Below are positions 52,393-58,828 of a stretch of DNA of 58,828 nt, piece after piece. A program made the translations under genes and the position numbers. This DNA is from an uncultured Candidatus Saccharibacteria bacterium. Its GTDB lineage: Bacteria > Patescibacteriota > Minisyncoccia > Phycocordibacterales > JAKAEA01. How positions within the stretch are numbered: the first letter of the stretch is position 1; each line of letters begins with the position of its first letter. Below the pieces are notes generated by a model, which worked only from the letters and a program-made list of their open reading frames with translations, was not told the DNA's origin and made no database searches. The DNA lies in the NCBI GenBank assembly GCA_964532205.1, contig CAZHGQ010000002.1:1-58828 (forward strand), given 5' to 3'.

Positions 52393-52420
52393 ATTATATC
52401 ATATCTACACACTTTGTCAA
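52393..52420 (-). promoter_or_regulatory. Consensus promoter TTGACA-16-TGaTATAAT
   Basis: Reverse complement of 52393-52420. Confidence 0.6.
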
Positions 52421-52462
52421 GTATTTCAACCTCCAAAATAGTCCCAAAACTAGGCCTGTTTC

Positions 52463-52471
52463 TGCTATACT
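52463..52471 (+). promoter_or_regulatory. Extended -10 (TGcTATACT) 10 nt upstream of ATG 52482
   Basis: TGCTATACT at 52463-52471. Confidence 0.45.
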
Positions 52472-52481
52472 ATATCCCGAC

Positions 52482-53042
52482 ATGAATATCATAGCGATTA
52501 CGGGAACCATCGGTGCTGGTAAGGGTACCATTGTTGAATACTTGCAAACTAAAGGTTTTGCTCATTACTCAGCCCGAGATTTTTTCCTCAAGGAAGTTCG
52601 TCGCCGAAATTTGCCCGAGACCCGCGATAATATTTTAATGATTGCCAACGAGTTGCGTAAAAATCACTTTCCAGGCTACACCATTGGTGAATTACTCAAA
52701 GAAGCTCAGGCACATGGTCAAGATGCCGTTATTGAATCCATCCGAGCATTTGGCGAAGTAGATTTGCTCAAGGAACAGGCGCCGGGTTTTATTCTGTTGG
52801 CTGTGGATGCGGATTTGAAGGTGCGCTACGACCGCATTGTGAAGAGGGGTTCAAGCACCGACAATGTCACGTTCGAGAAATTTGTGGCCGATGAGAACAA
52901 GGAAATGGATGCCAAGGAGCCGTGGCAGACGAATATTAAGGGTTGTATGAAGCAGGCAGATTTTCTCCTTTCTAACAACGGCAGTGTTGAAGAATTACAC
53001 CAAAAAATTGACGACATGCTCGCTAAAATTAGGCCACAATAA
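52482..53042 (+). CDS. P-loop nucleotide kinase (dephospho-CoA-kinase / dNMP-kinase-like)
   Basis: IAITGTIGAGKGT Walker A at the N-terminus; 186 aa. Specificity cannot be determined from the sequence alone. Confidence 0.5.
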   Translation: MNIIAITGTIGAGKGTIVEYLQTKGFAHYSARDFFLKEVRRRNLPETRDNILMIANELRKNHFPGYTIGELLKEAQAHGQDAVIESIRAFGEVDLLKEQAPGFILLAVDADLKVRYDRIVKRGSSTDNVTFEKFVADENKEMDAKEPWQTNIKGCMKQADFLLSNNGSVEELHQKIDDMLAKIRPQ

Positions 53043-53058
53043 AGGCCTATTTTTGTTA

Positions 53059-53088
53059 AAAAAGCACTTGGAAACAGGGTGCTTTTTT
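53059..53088 (+). terminator. Intrinsic terminator with GAAA loop
   Basis: AGCACTTG-GAAA-CAGGGTGCT followed by TTTTT. The gyrB extended -10 (TGcTATAAT, 53088-53096) follows directly. Confidence 0.65.
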
Positions 53089-53122
53089 GCTATAATAGAA
53101 CGACCAGATTTTTAAATAACCT

Positions 53123-55186
53123 ATGGCAAAAACAGACGAAAAAAAGCGAAAACCAGGAGAATATAGTGCGGAAGATATTCAAGTCCTTGAAGGTCTTGAA
53201 CCGGTACGTAAGCGTCCAGGTATGTACATTGGTACAACCGGTCCTGATGGCTTGCATCACTTGATTTGGGAAATCTTTGATAATGCTCGTGACGAAGCCA
53301 TGGGTGGTTTTGCCAATGATGTTGAAGTTGCTCTCTTGCCTGGTGAAATTGTTCGCGTAGTCGATAATGGCCGTGGTATTCCAGTCGATATTCATAAACA
53401 AACAAAAGTTTCGGCTCTTGAAACAATTATGACCACACTGCACGCCGGTGGTAAGTTCGGCGGCGAGGGTTATAAAGTCTCCGGCGGTTTGCACGGTGTC
53501 GGTGCCTCAGTAGTCAACGCACTTTCTATCGAAACTCAAGTTACCGTTCACAAAGATGGCGGTATTTATTTCCAAGCTTATTCACAAGGTAAGAAAAAGG
53601 CCGCAGTTAAGAAAATTGGGTCAAGCAAAGAGCATGGCACGATCGTAGCTTTCCGGGCCGACGATGCTATTTTTCCTGAAGTAAAATTTGATTTTAACCG
53701 CGTGGTAAATCACTTGCGTCAGCAGGCGTATTTGGTTAAAGGCCTGCGCATTACAGTTATTGATGCGCGCGAATACGAAGGTAAAATCGCCCACGACGAA
53801 ACATTTTATTTGCGCAACCTTGGTCTTGATGTACCATCAACCACGTTCTACTTTGAGGGTGGTTTGAAATCATTGGTTAAATTCCAAAACCAATTGTTTA
53901 AACCAATTCACAAAAACATTTTCTACGTTGAAAAAAATACCAACGAATATGAAAGTGTTGAGGTGGCTTTGCAATACATCGATGATATTTCAAATCGTGT
54001 CTTGCCATTTGCTAACAACATCTACAACCCAGAGGGCGGTACGCATGTGACCGGTTTTAAAACTGCTTTGACTCGTACGCTCAACAACTATGCCCGCAAA
54101 AATAATTTAATTAAAGAGTCAGAAGATAACTTTACCGGTGATGACGTGCAAGAAGGTTTGACGGCTGTAATCTCAGTGAAGATTCGTGAAATCCAGTTCG
54201 AAGGTCAGACTAAAGCTAAGCTTGGTACTGTAGAGGCCCGCGGCATGGTGGAATCTGTCTTCGGTGAATCATTCGATGCGTTCTTGGAAGAAAACCCCGA
54301 AGATGCTAAGGCTATGATCCAAAAGGTTATCCTAGCCCTTAAAGCTCGTAAGGCTGCTAAAGCTGCTAAGGATTCAGTTTTGCGTAAGGGTGCTTTGGAA
54401 GGTATGACCTTGCCAGGTAAATTGGCTGACTGTACGACAAAGGACGCTAGCCGCTCTGAAATCTTCATTGTGGAGGGAGATTCGGCCGGTGGTACCGCTA
54501 AACAAGGTCGTGACCGTGAGACACAGGCCATCTTGCCTTTGAAGGGTAAGGTGCTCAATGTTGAGCGTGCTCGTCTCGACAAGATCTTGGCCTTTGCTGA
54601 AATTAAAGCTTTGGTTATTGCCCTCGGTACTGCGATTGGTGACACATTTGATATTGGCAAACTCCGCTATCACAAAATCATTATAGCCACCGATGCCGAT
54701 GTTGATGGTGCTCACATTCGAACTTTATTGCTCACACTCTTTTATCGCTATTTCCGTCCACTGATTGATGGTGGTTTTATCTACATTGCTCAGCCACCTC
54801 TGTACAAGATTAAAATGGGTAAAGAGGTCCACTATGTTTATACAGAAGAGGAAAAAGTTAAGTTAGTAGGCAAAGATGCACCAGATGTTCAGGAAGTTGA
54901 ACCTGAATCAGAAGGTGAGGAAGTGTCTGAAGAGACAGAAGAGGTTGAAGAAGAAACAAAGCGAGCGCCAAAAATTTTGATCCAGCGTTACAAGGGTCTC
55001 GGTGAAATGAATTCTGAAGAGTTGTGGGAAACAACCATGGACCCAACAAAGCGTGTGTTGAAAAAGGTGACTGTGGAAGATGGTCAAGATGCTGACAGTG
55101 TCTTTGATGTTTTGATGGGTACAGATGTGCCAGCTCGAAAGTCATTTATTCAAGCCAACGCTCAGCGCGCCAATATTGATATCTAA
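53123..55186 (+). CDS. gyrB: DNA gyrase subunit B (type IIA topoisomerase ATPase subunit)
   Basis: LEGLEPVRKRPGMYIG, DNGRGIP, GGLHGVGASVVN, EGDSAGG (Toprim), PLKGKVLNVE and QRYKGLGEM. An acidic insert lies at about 54885-54975. Confidence 0.85.
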   Translation: MAKTDEKKRKPGEYSAEDIQVLEGLEPVRKRPGMYIGTTGPDGLHHLIWEIFDNARDEAMGGFANDVEVALLPGEIVRVVDNGRGIPVDIHKQTKVSALETIMTTLHAGGKFGGEGYKVSGGLHGVGASVVNALSIETQVTVHKDGGIYFQAYSQGKKKAAVKKIGSSKEHGTIVAFRADDAIFPEVKFDFNRVVNHLRQQAYLVKGLRITVIDAREYEGKIAHDETFYLRNLGLDVPSTTFYFEGGLKSLVKFQNQLFKPIHKNIFYVEKNTNEYESVEVALQYIDDISNRVLPFANNIYNPEGGTHVTGFKTALTRTLNNYARKNNLIKESEDNFTGDDVQEGLTAVISVKIREIQFEGQTKAKLGTVEARGMVESVFGESFDAFLEENPEDAKAMIQKVILALKARKAAKAAKDSVLRKGALEGMTLPGKLADCTTKDASRSEIFIVEGDSAGGTAKQGRDRETQAILPLKGKVLNVERARLDKILAFAEIKALVIALGTAIGDTFDIGKLRYHKIIIATDADVDGAHIRTLLLTLFYRYFRPLIDGGFIYIAQPPLYKIKMGKEVHYVYTEEEKVKLVGKDAPDVQEVEPESEGEEVSEETEEVEEETKRAPKILIQRYKGLGEMNSEELWETTMDPTKRVLKKVTVEDGQDADSVFDVLMGTDVPARKSFIQANAQRANIDI

Positions 55187-55196
55187 ATTAACAAAC

Positions 55197-55226
55197 AAAA
55201 AGTCCGGCTCGCGCCGGACTTTTTTG
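55197..55226. terminator. Bidirectional intrinsic terminator
   Basis: AAAA-AGTCCGGC-TCGC-GCCGGACT-TTTTT. Confidence 0.85.
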
Positions 55227-55227
55227 T

Positions 55228-56301
55228 TTAGTTGGATCGTAACGTTGTCGTGAGGACATTGTTATTACGATTGCTGTCGCTCACATATGAATTTGGATCA
55301 ACGGTGATGCTCAAGTTCTGTGTACCAGATCGGTAGAAGTTATCAAATGAGAGTGTGTAGACAATGTAGTCACCAGGGCCAAGGTTTTGCTGAGCGACTG
55401 AAGTGTATGTTGGGTGGGTGCTTGATGGCAAAACTGCTCTGAATGACCAAGCGCCAGTATTTTTATCACCGCTGTTTACAACTTGAAACTGAATAGCAGC
55501 TCGGCCATTGGCTGGCACGGTGTAGCTTGGCACGAATTGATTGGTGTAGACATTTACATAACCAGTGCTGATCAAAATAATATTCAAATCAGCGCGGCCG
55601 TTAGGATTTGAAACTGGTCGACTTGAATTACGCACGACCTGAGTACCTGTTGAACTTGATGGACGAGGGGTAATCGGTGTGGCTGGAGTGGTTGTGGCAG
55701 GGTTTACTGGTGAAGAAGGAGTGCTTGTTGAAGTTTGCTGAGGATTTGAACCTCGGTTATCAGCCAAATAGGTATTTGTGACTGAAATGAGTGCATCTGT
55801 TAGTTTTGTTGGTTCAGACTGGTTTTTGCCTAAGAAGGAAAGAGTGATAGGGATATCAACAAATCGATTGACATCTGAAATCGGAGTTAAGATAATTGAG
55901 CGCTGCTCAGCATTGATATAAAAAGGTGCATCACAATGAATCTCTTCATTTGGTTGGTTAACGGTAGTTAACAAACGTACGCCAGACTGACAGGTATAGC
56001 TAAACACATAAGTACCAGAACGGGTGTTCTTGTCATCCCACTTCAAGGTAAATTGTGAGCCAGATTTAATGTCTGAAACGTCTGTAGAGAGGGTAATGGG
56101 CTTTTTACCAGTAAACAAAAAGGCTAGACCATCACCAGCAGTGGTTAAGGCATTAGGCACAAGTTTAATTGGTAAAAGGATACCAACAACAAGCAAGACA
56201 ACCAAAGCGATTAAAACGAGCACTTTTGCAAATGTGCCAGCTGGCTTTGGTTTCGGGGTTGGTTTCTGTTCCGGTTGAGGTTGTAGAGGTTTATATTCCA
56301 T
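55228..56301 (-). CDS. Membrane-anchored exported protein with Pro/Thr/Ser linker and CARDB-like C-terminal domain
   Basis: Pro-rich cytoplasmic N-terminus, a TM, a beta-rich domain, an STP-rich linker, then ADLNIILIS ... AAIQFQVVNSGDKNTGAWSF. Confidence 0.5.
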   Translation of the reverse strand: MEYKPLQPQPEQKPTPKPKPAGTFAKVLVLIALVVLLVVGILLPIKLVPNALTTAGDGLAFLFTGKKPITLSTDVSDIKSGSQFTLKWDDKNTRSGTYVFSYTCQSGVRLLTTVNQPNEEIHCDAPFYINAEQRSIILTPISDVNRFVDIPITLSFLGKNQSEPTKLTDALISVTNTYLADNRGSNPQQTSTSTPSSPVNPATTTPATPITPRPSSSTGTQVVRNSSRPVSNPNGRADLNIILISTGYVNVYTNQFVPSYTVPANGRAAIQFQVVNSGDKNTGAWSFRAVLPSSTHPTYTSVAQQNLGPGDYIVYTLSFDNFYRSGTQNLSITVDPNSYVSDSNRNNNVLTTTLRSN

Positions 56302-56358
56302 ATGTTTGTATAATCGAAAATATTATCATTAAAATTAGATATTGTCAATAATAATACC

Positions 56359-56387
56359 TTGACTAAATATATTTTTCGGTGTATAAT
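56359..56387 (+). promoter_or_regulatory. Consensus-like promoter TTGACT-17-TATAAT, 9 nt upstream of ATG 56397
   Basis: TTGACT at 56359-56364 and TATAAT at 56382-56387. Confidence 0.55.
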
Positions 56388-56396
56388 ACCGCCATA

Positions 56397-57101
56397 ATGA
56401 ATCAACGATACACATTTGAATATCCGGCCCCAGAAATGGGTTTTTTGGACCTCATTTGGACTTATAAATTCCATTTGGCCTTTTATATTGTTGTAATTTC
56501 AACGGTTACCTTTATCGGTCTTTACCTTATTGGAGGTGTGCCAGTTGAATTACGAACCGCTGATTCCACTGTCGATTCTACAGATTCAACTGAGGTTGTC
56601 CAGAACACCGGCCAACAGGGTACAGCTGTAGTTGCTACAGGTACTGCGCCAGTTCGAACGGTGGGGGAATTGCCGACTCGTATTATTATCGACAAAATCG
56701 GTGTAAACACCCCGGTTCTTAACCCTACATCTAATAAGAACAGTGTTCTCGATGAGAACCTACTTAAGGGTGCGGTTCGTTACCCAGGTTCAGGTACGCT
56801 TGGTAATGGTAATGTTTTCCTCTTTGGTCACAGTACAGGTATTCGAATTGTAAACAATCAGGCATTTAAGGCCTTTAATAACCTTAAGAGCCTCAATCCG
56901 AATGACGAAATCCGGGTACATTCTGGTACACATGAGTATGTTTATAAGGTGACATCCGTCTCATTAGCTGACAGCTCAGATGTCTGGGTTGATCTCTCTT
57001 CAACAAAGAATATGTTGACCATTTCGACGTGTAACACTTTCGGTGAAAAACAGGAGCGTTTTGTGGTTCAGGCAGTCTATGTTTCTAACCACGCTATCTA
57101 A
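56397..57101 (+). CDS. Sortase-family transpeptidase
   Basis: TM anchor, then LFGHS (His), LTISTCN (Cys) and ERFVV (Arg). The GTG 56379 extension overlaps the -10 box. Confidence 0.8.
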   Translation: MNQRYTFEYPAPEMGFLDLIWTYKFHLAFYIVVISTVTFIGLYLIGGVPVELRTADSTVDSTDSTEVVQNTGQQGTAVVATGTAPVRTVGELPTRIIIDKIGVNTPVLNPTSNKNSVLDENLLKGAVRYPGSGTLGNGNVFLFGHSTGIRIVNNQAFKAFNNLKSLNPNDEIRVHSGTHEYVYKVTSVSLADSSDVWVDLSSTKNMLTISTCNTFGEKQERFVVQAVYVSNHAI

Positions 57102-57116
57102 GGCGTTTAGAGTATA

Positions 57117-57144
57117 TTGACTTTTTAGTTAAATATGATATAAT
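57117..57144 (+). promoter_or_regulatory. Promoter TTGACT-16-TGaTATAAT
   Basis: TTGACT at 57117-57122 and TATAAT at 57139-57144. Confidence 0.5.
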
Positions 57145-57249
57145 TATAGACGAACGTTGACAATTGCCTCTATTTCATTATGTTGTAATAGTACTAATGA
57201 AGCAGAGGTAAGACAATACCTTTTTTTATTTTTAACATTATTAATCAGT

Positions 57250-58828
57250 ATGAATCGTATGAATAAGAAAATCATTGGCATTTCGGCAGGGGTGATCGCA
57301 TTGATCGCAGTTTTTGCCGTTTTTGCCTCAAATACACAGCTTTCGTTTGTGGGAGCAACAACAAATTGTGAAGCTCGAGCCCAGGATAACCTTAAGGCTT
57401 CTATTCACATTCCAGATTCAAGTAAGGTAACTATTACCAACAACTCATCTGACTGTTCATACAAAGTTGGTTTTGCTTCATACAAGGTTTTTACAACCGA
57501 TCATCCAGCAGATATTGATACCCAGACGCTCCATGATTCAAAGACAGCAACTGTAGCACCAAAAGGTTCAGTTACTCTTGATATCAACCTACCATCATGT
57601 GCCTACCAGGTAGATGCTTTCTACGGTGATGTTATCACTTCGTTTGCAAACGGTAATCGTTACAACGAACGTCGACTTTCTTCAAAAATTGTTTATGACA
57701 ACCTCTGTTCAAATAATCCTCAGAAGGCTTATTTGACCGTGATCAAAACTGTTATCAATGATAACGGTGGCACAAAGCAGGTTTCAGATTTTCGCCTCTA
57801 TGTAAATGATACTCGTGTAACGAGTGGTCAGGAAAAGGAATTGACTCCTGGCACATATACAGTTCGTGAAGACAATCTCTCTGGTTATACAGCCGGCTCA
57901 TGGGGCGGTGACTGTTCAGCTGATGGTCGCGTCACGCTTTCAAATGGTCAGCACAAAACATGTCGTATTACTAACAACGACAATCAACAGACAACAAATG
58001 ACTTGGGTGGTGTCTGTGTAGCTAATGCCACAACAATCGGTATTAACGATTCAGTAACATTTACCGCTAACCCAACAGGTGGTAACAATTCTTACACATA
58101 CTCATGGAGCGGTGACAACCTTTCTGGTTCAAGCCGATCAGTTTCAACCTCATATGGTTCAACTGGCACAAAGTATGCTCATGTAACAATTACCTCAAAT
58201 GGTCAGAGTATTACTCGTGACTGTTCAGTCTACGTAACTGGTAATACAAATAATAATCTTAGTGTTTATTGTGTAGCTTCACCTTCAAATACAGGTGTTG
58301 GGGCCACAGTGACATACACAGCGTATCCATCAGGCGGTAGCAACTACACATACTCATGGAGCGGTAGCGATGGTCTCTCAGGTTCAAATCAGTCAGCTTG
58401 GATTAATTACAACTATCCTGGTACGAAAAATGCTCATGTGATCGTGTACTCAAACGGTCAGCAGGCTTATGCAGATTGTTCTAGTTACATCAATCAGTCA
58501 AATAATAATGATTTGGGTGGTTATTGTTACGCCAGCGTTTCAAATGTAAATGTTAATGACACTGTGACATGGTATGCAAGTGCTAATGGTGGTAATGGTA
58601 ATTACTCATACTCATGGAGCGGTTGGGATGGTCTTTCAGGTTATGGTCAGAGTGTGACAAAGCAGTACAACTATTCTGGTACAAAGTCAGCCTCAGTTGC
58701 TATCACTTCAAATGGTCAGACAATTTACAAGACATGTACTGTCTATGTAAATGATTACAACAACAATAATAGTAATGCCTACTGTTACGCTAGTCCGTCA
58801 TCGGCTTACGTCGGTGATTCAATTACCT
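57250..58828 (+). CDS. Secreted surface protein: N-terminal Cys-rich domain, prealbumin/Cna-B-like domain, then tandem PKD-like ~85-aa repeats; 3-prime end beyond window
   Basis: Hand-translated open frame with no stop to the window end; it is absent from the ORF track. It has a signal/anchor (IIGISAGVIALIAVFAVFA) and LTVIKTVINDNGGTKQVSDFRLYV ... GTYTVRED ... CRITNND. These are followed by at least 3.2 repeats of C-x-A ... GG-x2-YTYSWSG-x-(D/N)-(G)LSG ... GTK-x-A-x-V ... SNGQ ... C-x-VYV. Confidence 0.75.
   Translation, partial: MNRMNKKIIGISAGVIALIAVFAVFASNTQLSFVGATTNCEARAQDNLKASIHIPDSSKVTITNNSSDCSYKVGFASYKVFTTDHPADIDTQTLHDSKTATVAPKGSVTLDINLPSCAYQVDAFYGDVITSFANGNRYNERRLSSKIVYDNLCSNNPQKAYLTVIKTVINDNGGTKQVSDFRLYVNDTRVTSGQEKELTPGTYTVREDNLSGYTAGSWGGDCSADGRVTLSNGQHKTCRITNNDNQQTTNDLGGVCVANATTIGINDSVTFTANPTGGNNSYTYSWSGDNLSGSSRSVSTSYGSTGTKYAHVTITSNGQSITRDCSVYVTGNTNNNLSVYCVASPSNTGVGATVTYTAYPSGGSNYTYSWSGSDGLSGSNQSAWINYNYPGTKNAHVIVYSNGQQAYADCSSYINQSNNNDLGGYCYASVSNVNVNDTVTWYASANGGNGNYSYSWSGWDGLSGYGQSVTKQYNYSGTKSASVAITSNGQTIYKTCTVYVNDYNNNNSNAYCYASPSSAYVGDSIT
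58006..58828 (+). repeat. In-frame tandem coding repeats, period 255-258 nt (diverged)
   Basis: The first Cys codon of successive units falls at 58015, 58270, 58525 and 58783. Confidence 0.85.

Noticed and set aside
57167-57208. 14-bp imperfect hairpin after the sortase gene, considered as a terminator.
   Set aside because: The T-run starts about 12 nt after the stem, and the hairpin lies downstream of a good promoter (57117-57144). It is more likely part of the 5-prime leader of the repeat-protein gene.
58006-58828. A regular ~255-nt periodicity that could suggest a repeat array or CRISPR-like element.
   Set aside because: The units are in-frame, diverged, protein-coding domain repeats with conserved Cys, Trp and Gly positions. 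There is no repeat-spacer organisation.

Overview
This 58.8-kb chromosomal window is gene-dense: about 60 protein genes and 2 tRNAs, with no rRNA, CRISPR array or recognisable mobile element. Hand-counted 60-nt samples of ordinary genes give 33-38% GC. The gene content looks like a reduced-genome Patescibacteria/CPR-type bacterium with a Gram-positive-style envelope. That is an inference from the split transketolase, domain-reduced PheRS, short EF-Ts, sortase, peptidoglycan-binding surface proteins and many exported unknowns. The genetic code is standard, since TAA, TAG and TGA all terminate recognisable genes. Housekeeping blocks are class Ic-like RNR (nrdAB), RNase J, secG, groES-groEL, lemA-DUF2207-htpX, nfi, a sugar-phosphate block (gap, rpiB, rpe, split tkt, PfkB-family kinase, class II aldolase), rplY, rpmE-prfA, rpsB-tsf, pheST and gyrB. 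There are three envelope/accessory blocks. (i) A 1656-aa NHL-propeller protein with two C-terminal peptidoglycan-binding domains is bracketed by two collinear ~790-aa polytopic membrane paralogs; this is my best candidate for an undescribed system. (ii) A processive GT2 synthase, a thioredoxin-like protein and a GT-C (PMT/ArnT-like) protein form an operon that converges on a PIG-L deacetylase. (iii) A sortase sits with a CARDB-like protein and a PKD-like tandem-repeat surface protein. Non-coding signals include two ~190-nt promoter-to-terminator units without ORFs (candidate sRNAs). A 23-bp perfect palindrome lies upstream of groES where no CIRCE is visible. A GC-rich palindrome lies between the divergent pfkB-family and fba promoters. 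Many genes have a -10 box 5-10 nt upstream of the ATG with no Shine-Dalgarno (leaderless-type layout). Three GC-richer genes with a Shine-Dalgarno sequence stand out against that pattern. All functional calls come from reading translated motifs by eye; no database search or folding program was available.
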